Part shown: positions 41,738-52,707 of the stretch, in pieces
Position numbering within the stretch: the stretch's first letter is position 1
Layout of the letters: every line of letters begins with the position of its first letter
Source of the DNA: Candidatus Omnitrophota bacterium
GTDB taxonomy: Bacteria > Omnitrophota > Gorgyraeia > Zapsychrales > Zapsychraceae
Assembly (NCBI GenBank): GCA_029261065.1
Contig: JAJDCB010000026.1
Location: forward strand, 18,715 to 82,714
DNA: 64,000 nucleotides
Direction of reading: 5' to 3'
Program-made: the position numbers and the translations under genes
The notes under the pieces: model-generated
Seen by the model: the letters and a program-made list of their open reading frames with translations, nothing else
The model's database searches: none
Told to the model about the DNA's origin: nothing

Positions 41738-43764
41738 AGGTGAGTCTAAACTGGTTAAATGAATACGTAAAGATTAATCTTTCAGCGCAGGAGTTATCCC
41801 ATAGGTTAACGATGGCGGGTCTCGAGGTTGAGTCGATTGATACGGTAAAGGGTGACAAAGTTTTCGAACTAGAAATTACACCTAATCGAGCTGATTGCTT
41901 AAGTATCATAGGTTTGGCTCGCGAAGTGTCGGCTATGTTAAATAAGAGTCTGAAGGTTCCTACCATAAAAAAAACACCACAGGTTAAGAATAAAATTTCA
42001 ATAACGATTGAAGACAAAAAGGCCTGTTTACAGTATGTTGGTTTTCTTGTTGAGAATATTACGGTCGGGAAAACACCAACAGGGATGTCCAACCATCTAT
42101 CATCATTGGGACTTCGTTCTATAAATAACATCGTTGATATTACTAATTTTTGTTTAATGGAATTGGGTCAACCGTTACACGCTTTTGATTATGATAAATT
42201 AAGTGGTGGAAAGATAATTGTACGAAGAGCTAAAAAAGGCGAATCAATTGTTACGTTAGACGATGTTGAGCGTAAACTCGATCCCTCGATCCTCGTTATT
42301 GCTGATGCCAAACGCCCTGTTGCCATTGCAGGCGTTATGGGCGGAAAAGATTCTCAGGTAACTTCACAAACAAAAAATATTCTTTTAGAAAGCGCCTATT
42401 TTGATCCTATTCTTATTAGACATACATCGAGAAAATTAGCTTTATCGAGTGACTCCTCTTATCGTTTTGAAAGAGGTGTTGATCAACAAAATGTGTTACC
42501 CACAGCAAACAGGGCATTGGCTTTAATTTTGGAAAACGCTAAAGGAAAGATGGTTAGTTTTTCTGACGCACGTGTTTCAAAAAAGAAGGCACTACAAAAA
42601 AATGTTAGCATTACCCTTGATCAAATCAATTCTTATTTGGGAGCACAGATAAGTAGTGCGAAAATTAAAAGCATTTTGACCAAATTAGATTTTAAATTGA
42701 AGGAAACAAAAAAGAACTCTTATCAGATTACACCACCATCTTTTCGACCAGATATAAAACAAGAGGTTGATATTATAGAAGAAATTGCTCGCATTATAGG
42801 TTACGATCAGCTGCCGGAGGCCCTCCCATTGATTAATGCAACGAATATGAAAGAAAATGTTAGGCGGCAAAAGAGAAATCTTTTAAAAAGGACTCTCGTT
42901 GGTCAAGGGCTTAAAGAAATTATCACTTTTGCCATGGTTAACCAATCAATGTTAGATAAATCAAATTATGACGGAATTAAAGGCATTGAGGTTTGTAATC
43001 CCATAACTCAAGATCATGCCATGATGAGACCATCGCTTTTTTCAAGTATGATGAGTGTTGTTCAAACTAACATTAACAAGGGGCAACGTAAATTAAGTTT
43101 TTTTGAAACAGGTAAGACATATACGAAAAATAAAGAAGAAGAGGTTCTGTGTTTGTTGATTTCTGAGGAAACCAATAGCGATTGGAGAGATCAAAAAAGA
43201 GGTTATCGCAACTATTTTGATTTAACAGGAAAGATTAACGAAATTTTTGATTGCTTGTCTTTGCAGGGTGTTACCTATGAGGTGAAGAATTACAGAAATT
43301 TAGAGGAAGGTCAATCGGCACAAATTAATTGGGACGGAAAAAGTATTGGCTTTGTGGGTAAGGTTGCAGGCGAGGTTCTAAATAACTGGGGAATTAAGGC
43401 CGGACGTTTTTATTGTGCAGAAATCAATGTAGAAAATATTCTTAGTCGTTCGCTTAAAGAAAAATCTTTTGTTCCGTTGTGCGAATATCCAGCGGTTTCA
43501 CGAGACGTGAGTATTGCCGTTAATAAAGATGTTTCTTTTGATAAGGTTAAGGCGGTTGTTGTTAAAAATGGAACTAAGCTATTGTCGAATTTTCGTTTTG
43601 TAGAAGAATATTTAGGTGAAAAAATTGAAAACGATAAAAGGGGCTTGATGTTTTCTGTTACTTATCAATCTTCTAATAAAACATTAAGAGAAGAAGACGT
43701 TAACGTGATTCACGAAAAAGTTTTAAAAGCTTTGGTTGTCGATCTTGATGTTATTATTCGTTAG
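41734..43764 (+). CDS. pheT: Phenylalanyl-tRNA synthetase beta subunit (short form, 676 aa)
   Basis: N-terminal MKVSLNWLNEYV, B3/4 and B5 domain pattern, and C-terminal FDT domain. Confidence 0.85.
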   Translation: MKVSLNWLNEYVKINLSAQELSHRLTMAGLEVESIDTVKGDKVFELEITPNRADCLSIIGLAREVSAMLNKSLKVPTIKKTPQVKNKISITIEDKKACLQYVGFLVENITVGKTPTGMSNHLSSLGLRSINNIVDITNFCLMELGQPLHAFDYDKLSGGKIIVRRAKKGESIVTLDDVERKLDPSILVIADAKRPVAIAGVMGGKDSQVTSQTKNILLESAYFDPILIRHTSRKLALSSDSSYRFERGVDQQNVLPTANRALALILENAKGKMVSFSDARVSKKKALQKNVSITLDQINSYLGAQISSAKIKSILTKLDFKLKETKKNSYQITPPSFRPDIKQEVDIIEEIARIIGYDQLPEALPLINATNMKENVRRQKRNLLKRTLVGQGLKEIITFAMVNQSMLDKSNYDGIKGIEVCNPITQDHAMMRPSLFSSMMSVVQTNINKGQRKLSFFETGKTYTKNKEEEVLCLLISEETNSDWRDQKRGYRNYFDLTGKINEIFDCLSLQGVTYEVKNYRNLEEGQSAQINWDGKSIGFVGKVAGEVLNNWGIKAGRFYCAEINVENILSRSLKEKSFVPLCEYPAVSRDVSIAVNKDVSFDKVKAVVVKNGTKLLSNFRFVEEYLGEKIENDKRGLMFSVTYQSSNKTLREEDVNVIHEKVLKALVVDLDVIIR

Positions 43765-43999
43765 CGAGATGATACGAAATTTTATGTTTGTAATTTTTAC
43801 GCTGTGTTATAATTAATTTATAGTCCCTGCTGTGCTCGTGGGGAGGAGCTTTAAAAAGAACCAATAATCTTATTTGGGTCGCTAAACTTTTCGGGTGTCC
43901 GTGGATGTCCGAAAGAGGTACCCACCTGGTGAGCCTGGTTCACCTTTGGGCTTTTCTAACGGCATAAGCGGGGATTTTTTTATCGCGGAATTCCTTTTT

Positions 44000-45352
44000 A
44001 TGAAACGTAAAATACCCTCCCTATCCAACGAAGAAAGTTTGTTTTCATCGATCGATAAAGAAACTCTGCTAAAAAATTCTCCATTAAGCGTCAGAATGCG
44101 ACCTCAATCATTAGATGAGTATATTGGACAAAAGCATATTTTGGGAGAGGGGCAACTTCTGCCTCGCGCGATAGCAGCGGATAAGCTTAATTCCGTCATA
44201 TTTTATGGCCCTCCCGGTGTTGGTAAGACGACATTAGCACAATGTATGTCAAAAAACACAAAAGCACACTTTGAGCGGCTCAATGCCGTTTCTTCAAACG
44301 TCGAAGAGCTTCGAAAAATTATCGCAGCCAGCCAAAATAGATTTTTTTCTACACAAACAAAGACGATTGTCTTCATTGATGAAATTCACCGATTTAATAA
44401 AGGTCAACAAGACGTCCTTATGCCAGATCTTGAGGCTGGGCATCTCGTCTTAATTGGAGCAACGGTTTTTAATCCGTTTTTTTCATTAACGAGTCCCCTT
44501 CTTTCGAGGTCTTTAGTTTTTGAACTTCAATCTCTTTCTAAAGAAGATTTGGTAAATATTTTAAAGCGGGCGATCGTTAATAAAGAAAAGGGAATGGGAT
44601 TTCTAGATATAAAGGCTGATGACGATGCTATTTCATTTTTAGCGGATATTTGTAACGGAGACGCGCGAAAGGCTCTTAATGCTTTAGAAATTGGATGTTT
44701 GACAGCGTCAAAAAATAAAAATCAAGAAATAGAATTTACGTTACAGGTAGCACAAGAATCCATACAGAAAAAACAGGTTGTCTATGATAAAGATGGGGAT
44801 GAACATTACGACACCGCGTCAGCTTTTATTAAGTCCATGCGTGGCTCAGATCCGGATGCTACTCTTTATTGGCTAGCCAAAATGATATATGCTGGTGAAG
44901 ATCCTCGATTTATCGCTAGAAGAATATGTATCTGTGCAGCTGAGGATGTCGGAAACGCAGATCCACAAGCATTAATACTGTCCAATGCCGCCTTACAGGT
45001 GTCCGAATTTATAGGCCTACCTGAAGCGAGAATTCCACTAGCCCAGGCTGCTGTATATATTGCCTGTGCGCCTAAGTCCAATGCCGCGTATATGGGCATA
45101 GAAAAGGCGTTATCTGATGTCAAAAATAAGAAAACACAGAATGTCCCTCAACATCTGAAGGATTCTTCTTATTCTGGGGCAAAAAAGCTCGGAAATGGAC
45201 AAAATTACAAATATGCCCATAATTATGAGGGTCATTATGTTAATCAAGAGTATATGCCGGTCAAAGCAAAGTATTATGAGCCAACGAATATGGGAGACGA
45301 GCGGAAAATCAAGGAAAGACTTGATGAGCTAAAGAAACAGATTAAGAGTTAA
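44000..45352 (+). CDS. rarA: Replication-associated recombination protein A (RarA/MgsA AAA+ ATPase)
   Basis: RMRPQSLDEYIGQ...FYGPPGVGKTTLA. Start placed at ATG 44000; the track ORF extends upstream through a likely non-coding leader. Confidence 0.8.
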   Translation: MKRKIPSLSNEESLFSSIDKETLLKNSPLSVRMRPQSLDEYIGQKHILGEGQLLPRAIAADKLNSVIFYGPPGVGKTTLAQCMSKNTKAHFERLNAVSSNVEELRKIIAASQNRFFSTQTKTIVFIDEIHRFNKGQQDVLMPDLEAGHLVLIGATVFNPFFSLTSPLLSRSLVFELQSLSKEDLVNILKRAIVNKEKGMGFLDIKADDDAISFLADICNGDARKALNALEIGCLTASKNKNQEIEFTLQVAQESIQKKQVVYDKDGDEHYDTASAFIKSMRGSDPDATLYWLAKMIYAGEDPRFIARRICICAAEDVGNADPQALILSNAALQVSEFIGLPEARIPLAQAAVYIACAPKSNAAYMGIEKALSDVKNKKTQNVPQHLKDSSYSGAKKLGNGQNYKYAHNYEGHYVNQEYMPVKAKYYEPTNMGDERKIKERLDELKKQIKS

Positions 45353-45509
45353 CCCAATTTTTTCGGACAACCCGTGAGGAAGCGCCATTTTGATGTTGTA
45401 TAAATAGCGAAAAGGTGATAACATAACGGCAATCATTAGGGAATTAAATAAGTTTTTATTGGCTATTAATTAGAGAAAAGACCAACATCTGGTCTACACA
45501 AGTAATCAC

Positions 45510-46073
45510 GTGTCGGTGTTAACAAAAGCAGATCTTAGAAAACAAGTAACAACTCTTTTAAGCAACCAAAAGGAGGAAGAACGTTTAGAAAAAAGCTTAA
45601 TTATTCAAAAAAAGCTTTTTGATTTACAGGAGTTTCAAAATTCCAACGTTATTCTTTTTTATGCGTCTTTTAAAGGAGAGGTATCCACAACCGAAATGAT
45701 AATTCGAGCCCAACAATTAGGAAAAAAAATAGGATTGCCAAGAGTCAATGTTAAAGAAAAGGCAATTATTCCAACCTTAGTGGAAAATTTAGATGAAAAT
45801 TTAGAAAATGGACCTTATGGTATTAAAGAGCCAAAGGAAACGGCACAAAATAGATTAGCACCGCATGAGATTGATATGGTAGTTGTTCCTGCCGTTGCAT
45901 TTGATAAAGCTAATTATCGTTTAGGCCGCGGTGGCGGCTATTACGACCGTTTCCTTAAAGGCCTTTCATCTGATATCCCCACAGTCGGCTTAGCATTTGA
46001 TTTTCAAATCGTAGAGACCCTCCCACAATTAGAAGACCACGATATTCCTGTATCCCTTGTCTTAGCAAACTAG
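45510..46073 (+). CDS. 5-formyltetrahydrofolate cyclo-ligase
   Basis: GRGGGYYDRFL motif. GTG start as given in the track. Confidence 0.7.
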   Translation: MSVLTKADLRKQVTTLLSNQKEEERLEKSLIIQKKLFDLQEFQNSNVILFYASFKGEVSTTEMIIRAQQLGKKIGLPRVNVKEKAIIPTLVENLDENLENGPYGIKEPKETAQNRLAPHEIDMVVVPAVAFDKANYRLGRGGGYYDRFLKGLSSDIPTVGLAFDFQIVETLPQLEDHDIPVSLVLAN

Positions 46074-46165
46074 ATATTTTCTAGTCCTAAAACTGTAAAA
46101 CTTAAAATTAGTAAACAAACTCTTATCGCGATTGCTCGCGTTGTAGTTAAGAAGGAGCGTTAGAT

Positions 46166-47728
46166 ATGGAAGAATACTTAGTCGTTGTCATGGGTGTTTT
46201 TGGAACACTTATGTTTGTCACAGGTTATTTTATTCGTTGGGTTTTTGCCGGAAAAAAGCTAAAAGAATCTGAAGAAAGAGCCAATCGGGTCATTGAACAA
46301 GCTGATAAAGAGGCAGAATCTAAAAAGAAAGAAATAGAACTTCAGGGAAAAGACCTGATGATTAAACTACGTCAGGACTTTGAAAGGGAAACAAAAGACA
46401 GGCGAGAAGAAATTCTTGCCAATGAAAAAAGAATTTTACAAAAGGAAGAAAATTTAGAAAAAAGAGTCGATCTATTAGAAAAGAAGGAAAAAGATCTTAA
46501 TGGTCGGCTAGCAACATTACATGAAAAAGAAAAAGGTATTGATGATCGAAAAGCCTCCCTCGATAAGCTTATTATAGAAGAAAAGGAAAGACTTCAAAAA
46601 ATATCCAATTTAACACAAGAAGAGGCAAAAAACTTGTTGTTATTAAGGGTCGATGAAGAATTACTTGAGGAGAAGGCTACACGTATTCGGCAAATGGAAG
46701 AAGACATAAAAAATAATGTCGACAAAAAGGCCCGAACAATTATTAGTACAGCCATACAACGCTGTTCATCGGAACACACCGCGGCATCAACAGTAACTGT
46801 TGTTGTTCTTCCAAGTGATGAAATGAAAGGCCGAATTATTGGACGTGAAGGTCGAAATATTAGGGCCTTAGAAGCCGCCGCTGGAGTAGATATTATCATT
46901 GATGACACACCTGAGGCTGTAACGATTTCAGGTTTTGATATGTTTCGTCGTGAAATAGCAAAAATTGCATTGGAAAATTTAATTGCTGATGGAAGAATTC
47001 ATCCAGGGCGTATAGAAGAAGTTGTTGAGAAAGCTAAGTTAGAAATGGATAATATTATTAGAGAAGAAGGTGAGAAGGTTGCCTTTGATTTAGGTATTCA
47101 TGGAATGCACATCGAGTTGCTAAAGTTGGTTGGTCGTTTGAAATTTAGAACCAGCTACGGGCAAAATGGATTGCAGCATACCAAAGAGGTTGCTATGCTT
47201 ATCGGTTCTATGGCGTCTCAATTAAACCTAGATCCTAAGGTTGCCATGAGAGCGGGACTTCTTCATGATATCGGTAAAGTTGTTAGTCAAGATGTTGAAG
47301 AGGGAACTCATGCTATTGTTGGTGGAACCCTTTCTCGAAAATATGGTGAAAAGGAAGAAGTTGCAAACGCCGTTGAATCTCATCATGAAGAGGTTGAAAT
47401 GACATCCATGTATGGGGCTTTGGTTTGTGCGGCCGATGCTATTAGTGCGGCCCGTCCAGGAGCAAGGGCGGAAACCTTAGAAACGTACGTTAAGCGATTA
47501 GAAAATTTAGAAAAAATTGCCAACTCTTATAAGGGTATAAGCAAAGCTTATGCGTTACAAGCCGGACGAGAAATTCGTATTATTGTAGATCCTGATAAAA
47601 TTAACGACGATGAATCCATCGTGTTGGCTCGAGATCTTCGTAAAAAGATTGAAGAAGAGATGGAGTATCCTGGGCAAATCAAAGTTATTGTTTTAAGAGA
47701 AACAAGAGCTGTAGAGTTTGCAAAGTAA
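46166..47728 (+). CDS. rny: Ribonuclease Y
   Basis: N-terminal TM, coiled coil, KH domain ([15 protein letters not shown]) and HD domain (LLHDIGK). Confidence 0.85.
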   Translation: MEEYLVVVMGVFGTLMFVTGYFIRWVFAGKKLKESEERANRVIEQADKEAESKKKEIELQGKDLMIKLRQDFERETKDRREEILANEKRILQKEENLEKRVDLLEKKEKDLNGRLATLHEKEKGIDDRKASLDKLIIEEKERLQKISNLTQEEAKNLLLLRVDEELLEEKATRIRQMEEDIKNNVDKKARTIISTAIQRCSSEHTAASTVTVVVLPSDEMKGRIIGREGRNIRALEAAAGVDIIIDDTPEAVTISGFDMFRREIAKIALENLIADGRIHPGRIEEVVEKAKLEMDNIIREEGEKVAFDLGIHGMHIELLKLVGRLKFRTSYGQNGLQHTKEVAMLIGSMASQLNLDPKVAMRAGLLHDIGKVVSQDVEEGTHAIVGGTLSRKYGEKEEVANAVESHHEEVEMTSMYGALVCAADAISAARPGARAETLETYVKRLENLEKIANSYKGISKAYALQAGREIRIIVDPDKINDDESIVLARDLRKKIEEEMEYPGQIKVIVLRETRAVEFAK

Positions 47729-47748
47729 ACATTTTACCATTTACTAAC

Positions 47749-47790
47749 ACTGTCATCCCCTTGTATTTGGGGGATGACAAATTTTTTTAG
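47749..47790 (+). terminator. Rho-independent terminator after rny
   Basis: GTCATCCCC-ttgtatttg-GGGGATGAC hairpin followed by AAATTTTTTT. Confidence 0.7.
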
Positions 47791-47791
47791 T

Positions 47792-47827
47792 TAGGAATTT
47801 CGAAGCTTTAGCGAAATTCCACATTGG
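47792..47827. repeat. Intergenic hairpin repeat, family A copy 3
   Basis: TAGGAATTTCGAAGCTTTAGCGAAATTCCACATTGG, then ...CCTTTGATTATGAA. Confidence 0.7.
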
Positions 47828-47848
47828 ATTAAAATCCTACCTTTGATT

Positions 47849-48649
47849 ATGAACATTCTTTGCATTGGCGATATCATGGGCAAACCAGGTCGAGAGGCCA
47901 TAATCCAGTTGCTTGATGGTATCAAAAAAGAATATAAAATTGATTGCGTAATCGCTAATGCAGAAAATGCTGCAGGTGGTTCGGGTTTAACGTCGCGTTT
48001 GGCTAAACAATTTTTTAAGGCTGGGTGCGATGTTTTGACGTTAGGTGATCACACGTGGGATCAAAAAGAGCTGGAAGAATATTTGGATGTAGAGCGGAAT
48101 GTTATACGCCCGGCAAACTTTCCGGAAGGAGCTCCTGGTAAAGGATGGGTTATCAAAGAATCTGATAAGGGTGTTAAGGTCGGTGTTGTTAATTTGTTAG
48201 GACGGGTATTTATGCGCTATCAGGTTGGATGTCCGTTTCTGGCATTAGATGCTATTATTAAAGAGATCAAAAAAGAAACCTCAATTATTATTGTTGATAT
48301 GCACGCTGAAACAACGAGTGAAAAAGTTGCTATTGGCCATTACGCTAATGGTAGGGTCTCTGGAGTCGTGGGCACACATACACATATTCAAACAGCAGAC
48401 GATACCATTCTTTCCCAAAAGACAGCATACATCACAGACATGGGGATGACAGGTCCTTACGACTCCGTTATTGGCCAAAACAAAGATATCATTATCAAAC
48501 GATTTTTGACAAGCCGTCCCATTCGCTTTGGAGTGGCTAAAGATGATATTAGACTTTGTGGCGTTGTCATCGAAGTTGATGAAAAAAATGGTCAGGCCAA
48601 GAAAATCACGCGATTGCAGAAAAAGTACGTAGAGGCCAAAGACAAATAG
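47849..48649 (+). CDS. ymdB: YmdB-like metallophosphoesterase (2',3'-cyclic-nucleotide phosphodiesterase family)
   Basis: MNILCIGDIMGKPGR N-terminus and rny-ymdB gene pair. ATG start preferred over the track's TTG. Confidence 0.8.
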   Translation: MNILCIGDIMGKPGREAIIQLLDGIKKEYKIDCVIANAENAAGGSGLTSRLAKQFFKAGCDVLTLGDHTWDQKELEEYLDVERNVIRPANFPEGAPGKGWVIKESDKGVKVGVVNLLGRVFMRYQVGCPFLALDAIIKEIKKETSIIIVDMHAETTSEKVAIGHYANGRVSGVVGTHTHIQTADDTILSQKTAYITDMGMTGPYDSVIGQNKDIIIKRFLTSRPIRFGVAKDDIRLCGVVIEVDEKNGQAKKITRLQKKYVEAKDK

Positions 48650-48770
48650 AAGTGCTATAAACGACATAGGGTTACGTATTATTTTCCCCAGATTTATTTT
48701 TTTTGTCATTATAAATATGTTATAATTTAACAGCAGCTTCAATTTTATAGGCCTGATTAAGGAGTCTTTG

Positions 48771-49151
48771 ATGAGTAAATGGGAAGGTTTAGATCGAAGA
48801 AAGTTTCCACGTGTTAGTTTTCCTTGCCTTGTCGTTATTGGTGATGACGGTAAAAAAGGGGTTATTTTAACACATACAGAAAATTTAGGAATTGGAGGCG
48901 TTTGTGTCATATTAAAAGAAGACATAAAGCTTTTTAGTGGAGTTCGATTGGAATTAGACTTATTAGATATGCAGCCACACATCAAGTGCAAGGGCAAGGT
49001 TGTTTGGAACGTCAAACGAAAGATGGACCAAAAGAAAAAGCCTTTATTTTTCGATATCGGAGTTGAGTTTCAAGACATGAGTAGTTCAGACCTTAAACGG
49101 TTAGAACAGATAGTTAAAAAAATTGAACGTAAACATGGTGTTGTTTCATAA
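48771..49151 (+). CDS. PilZ-domain protein (putative c-di-GMP receptor)
   Basis: RRKFPR (RxxxR) and NLGIGG (D/NxSxGG) motifs. Confidence 0.6.
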   Translation: MSKWEGLDRRKFPRVSFPCLVVIGDDGKKGVILTHTENLGIGGVCVILKEDIKLFSGVRLELDLLDMQPHIKCKGKVVWNVKRKMDQKKKPLFFDIGVEFQDMSSSDLKRLEQIVKKIERKHGVVS

Positions 49152-49215
49152 AACTTCCCCACGGATGTTTCATTAGTTCACCTCAAACATAAATATTAAT
49201 TTTTAGGATACCATT

Positions 49216-50499
49216 ATGGTTAAAGTTAGATTTGCGCCTAGTCCAACAGGATTTTTGCACATTGGTGGTGCTAGAACCGCGTTGTTTAATTGGATGTATG
49301 CCCGAGTGCAAAAGGGTAAGTTTGTTTTAAGAATTGAAGATACGGATCAAGTGCGTTCTAAAAAAGAATTTGAAGAAGAAATTTTGGATAGCATGAAGTG
49401 GTTGGGTCTTGATTGGGATGAAATTTATTATCAAAGCGAGCGCTTTGACATTTACAAAGAACATGCAACAAAACTTCTGGACGAAGGTAAGGCCTACAAA
49501 GAGGGTGAGGCCATTATTCTTAAGATTCCTCAACAAGAAATAAAACTATACGATTTGATTCGTGGAGAAATTACATTTGATTCGGCTCTAATAAAAGATC
49601 AGGTTTTAATGAAATCAGACGGCTCTCCAGCGTATAGTTTTGCTTGTGTTATGGACGATGCTCTTATGGAGATATCTTGCGTTATCCGAGGAGAGGATCA
49701 CATATCAAACACGCCTAAACAAATGATGATCTATAACGCTCTTGGTTTTAAAATTCCAAAATTTGCTCATCTTCCTCTTATTATGGGTGAAGATGGTTCT
49801 CGTCTTTCAAAAAGGACGGGAGCTGTGGCTGTCAGCGATTATCGTAAAGAAGGTTTTTTGCCGGACGCTTTGGTTAATTATCTTATGTTGCTTGGTTGGT
49901 CCCCTGGAAACAATCAGGAAGTTGTGTCTCTTGATGCCGCTGTAAAAAAGTTTTCGATTAAAAAGGTCAATAAAGCTGCTGCAATTTTTTCAATAGATAA
50001 ATTAAATTGGATAAATGGTCAATATTTAAAAAAGATTGATACAGACAAATTAGTTGATCTTTTAATTCCTTTTTTGCAAGAGAAAGGATATGTAGATCAG
50101 GATGTAGATAAATCTTCACTTAAGAGTATTGTGGAATTATTTAAAGGTCGTTTATCTAAGTTGGTGAATTTTATTGAATGGGCAGATTTTGCCTTTATAG
50201 AAAAGCCTAATTTTGATAAGGAAGCCCAAGAAAAACATTTAGCCCAAGATCGCAGTAAGGAGTTTAAAATTTTGATAGAAAGATTTTCAGCCCTCGATTC
50301 TTTTGATAAAGATAGCATTGAAGAGACGTATAAGACAGTTATGGAAGAGTTAGGCTTAAAGCCCGCTGAGTTGGTTCATGCTATTCGTGTTGCGGTCACA
50401 GGCCGTGCGATTGGGCCAAGTTTATTTGAGTGTATTGCCCTTTTAGGCAAAGAGAAATCTATCCAACGGCTGGAAGCCGCTTTTAGCTGTGTTGGATAA
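49216..50499 (+). CDS. gltX: Glutamyl-tRNA synthetase (short form)
   Basis: FAPSPTGFLHIGGARTA (HIGH) and LSKR (KMSKS-type) motifs. Confidence 0.85.
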   Translation: MVKVRFAPSPTGFLHIGGARTALFNWMYARVQKGKFVLRIEDTDQVRSKKEFEEEILDSMKWLGLDWDEIYYQSERFDIYKEHATKLLDEGKAYKEGEAIILKIPQQEIKLYDLIRGEITFDSALIKDQVLMKSDGSPAYSFACVMDDALMEISCVIRGEDHISNTPKQMMIYNALGFKIPKFAHLPLIMGEDGSRLSKRTGAVAVSDYRKEGFLPDALVNYLMLLGWSPGNNQEVVSLDAAVKKFSIKKVNKAAAIFSIDKLNWINGQYLKKIDTDKLVDLLIPFLQEKGYVDQDVDKSSLKSIVELFKGRLSKLVNFIEWADFAFIEKPNFDKEAQEKHLAQDRSKEFKILIERFSALDSFDKDSIEETYKTVMEELGLKPAELVHAIRVAVTGRAIGPSLFECIALLGKEKSIQRLEAAFSCVG

Positions 50500-50664
50500 A
50501 ATGCTGCAGTTTGATGCCTGGATTCAGCAATACGTCTGGTAATACGAATCATCCAAGATCCTTTTTAGCCTGGTGGCTATCTACATATTTAACCCCTTCC
50601 AAAAGCGCAAGTTGTTTGATTTAAACAACTTATAATTCAAAAATCACCAATATCTTGCAGCTAT

Positions 50665-51159
50665 TTGCTTTCCCGATGGAGATGGTATACTTACAGAAAT
50701 ATCGAAATTCTTATAACTGAGGTGTTTATTTTGAAGCGAGGCATATATTTTTTATTGGTTGTCCTTTTTTTTAGTGGATCATTTACGGCTCATTCTCGAT
50801 CCATGGATCAAATTGAAGAATATAAGATGGTAAATATTATCCAGTTCGTTCTTATTCTGGGTGGCGATCAATATGCAGAGGAGTCTATACACGGCATGAT
50901 AGATTTTTATGCCTCAATTATTGATGAACTTTTTAGTGATGATGAGTTAGAAGAAATTGTGGCATTTGGTAAAACTTCAGCGGGCCGCAAGCTTTTTAAA
51001 GATTTAAGAATGGGTGTATTATCTTCTGATTTGACTGACGAAGAATTATTGACTTACGACTGGTTTTGGAATTCCAAAATTGGACATAAATACGATCAAT
51101 TAAGTAAGAAAACTATGGATAAGATGGAAAATCGCCAACTCAAAGCCCTGGGACGTTGA
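50665..51159 (+). CDS. Secreted hypothetical protein
   Basis: Signal-peptide-like segment (IYFLLVVLFFSGSFTAHS); no recognisable motif. True start may be internal. Confidence 0.3.
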   Translation: MLSRWRWYTYRNIEILITEVFILKRGIYFLLVVLFFSGSFTAHSRSMDQIEEYKMVNIIQFVLILGGDQYAEESIHGMIDFYASIIDELFSDDELEEIVAFGKTSAGRKLFKDLRMGVLSSDLTDEELLTYDWFWNSKIGHKYDQLSKKTMDKMENRQLKALGR

Positions 51160-51289
51160 TCGAAGTAACATTTTTATCGCTTTGTTCAAACTTCTCATTT
51201 AATCCTTCCCCAAATTGTGTTATAAAGAGATATCCTTCCCAATTCTACGAATTAAAATTTATCACTAACACTAAATAAAAAGGCCTTAA

Positions 51290-51889
51290 TTGAAACTCCT
51301 TTTATTTTTAAAAGCTCAAAGAAATTTGTTCCAATTAATGGTAGCCCTATGTTTATTGTGTTTTTCATCTATAAGTTGCGATGCCATTTATCGGCTACTT
51401 GATAAAGAGGGGGCCGAGGAGAAGGATCTTGTTGGTGAAATTGTGCCTTTTGAAAAAAATCCAACGATTGAGGAGGTGCAGGTCCTTTTGAAACTTTATG
51501 GATATAATTCTGGTAAAGTTGATGGTGTTTTGGGGTTGCGTACAAGAGATGCGATTGAAAGGTTTCAGAAAGATAATGGACTCAAAGAAACCAGATTTGT
51601 TGATCAGGAAACATGGCGAGCCCTTAAATTGTTTAGGGAAGAAGGCTTTATCGTTGAGGAGAAGTTAAATGTTTTATTGGTTCAGACTATTTTGAAAGAA
51701 AATGGCTTTGATTCAGGCAATATTGATGGGAAATTTGGACCAAAGACAAGAGAGAAGGTTATGGAGCTGCAGAAAACGTATGAATTGAAAGTTGATGGAA
51801 AAGTTGGTTATCAAACATTAAAAAGGTTGTTGGAGTTACATAAAGGGGAGAGTGTTTTAGTGGAGGAAGTCATTCCGTCGGAAATGTAA
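51290..51889 (+). CDS. Protein with two peptidoglycan-binding (PG_binding_1) repeats
   Basis: Twice-repeated pattern LK..GY.....DG..G..T..A...FQK.....DG. Confidence 0.6.
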   Translation: MKLLLFLKAQRNLFQLMVALCLLCFSSISCDAIYRLLDKEGAEEKDLVGEIVPFEKNPTIEEVQVLLKLYGYNSGKVDGVLGLRTRDAIERFQKDNGLKETRFVDQETWRALKLFREEGFIVEEKLNVLLVQTILKENGFDSGNIDGKFGPKTREKVMELQKTYELKVDGKVGYQTLKRLLELHKGESVLVEEVIPSEM

Positions 51890-51939
51890 GGTTTGCTTGA
51901 ATGACTGTCGAAAAAGCCGTATAATGAAGTTTTAATATC

Positions 51940-52707
51940 ATGAACATTGAAAAACATCCAAAACATTTTGATTGTGTTATTTTTGACCTAGATGGTGTGA
52001 TCACCAAAACAGCCAAAGTCCACGCAGCGGCTTGGAAAGGCATGTTTGACGAATATTTACAAAAGAGATCACAGCTGGGTTTAGTAGATTTTCGTGAATT
52101 TAGTTACGATAAAGATTATTTAACGTATGTAGATGGTAAACCTCGATATGAGGGTGTTCAAAGTTTTTTGGAATCGAGGGAAATCTCTCTCCCCTTTGGT
52201 AATGTTGATGATGAAGACGATCAAGAAACAATATGCGGTTTAGGAAATCGAAAAAATACAAAATTTTTAGAGGTGTTAAATACGGATGGTATTGAAGTCT
52301 ATACTTCGACCGTTGATCTTATTAAAAATTTGCAAGCCCACAACATACGTATAGGCGTCGCTTCTTCAAGCAAAAATTGTCAGCACGTTTTAAAGGTGAC
52401 GGGATTAGAAAAATATTTTGAAACGCGTGTCGATGGTGTTGTTTCTCATGAATTAGGACTGAAGGGGAAGCCTGAGCCAGATATATTTTTAAGGGCGGCT
52501 CAAAATTTAAATATGACGCCGCAACGCTCCGTTGTTATTGAAGACGCCGTCTCAGGTGTCGCCGCCGGTTTTAAAGGAGGTTTTGCTTTAGTGATCGGTG
52601 TGGCTCGGGAATCTAATGAAAAAGACTTAAAAGATAATGGAGCTCATGTTGTGGTCAACGGATTTAAAGAGGTCACGACAGAGACAATTGATCAATGGTT
52701 AAGCTAA
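51940..52707 (+). CDS. pgmB: Beta-phosphoglucomutase (HAD superfamily)
   Basis: DCVIFDLDGVITKT nucleophile motif and C-terminal IEDAVSGV. Confidence 0.75.
   Translation: MNIEKHPKHFDCVIFDLDGVITKTAKVHAAAWKGMFDEYLQKRSQLGLVDFREFSYDKDYLTYVDGKPRYEGVQSFLESREISLPFGNVDDEDDQETICGLGNRKNTKFLEVLNTDGIEVYTSTVDLIKNLQAHNIRIGVASSSKNCQHVLKVTGLEKYFETRVDGVVSHELGLKGKPEPDIFLRAAQNLNMTPQRSVVIEDAVSGVAAGFKGGFALVIGVARESNEKDLKDNGAHVVVNGFKEVTTETIDQWLS

Noticed and set aside
43895-43999. N-terminal 35-codon extension of rarA in the ORF track
   Set aside because: Translation is Gly/Pro-rich junk through a structured leader; the conserved RarA N-terminus begins at ATG 44000.
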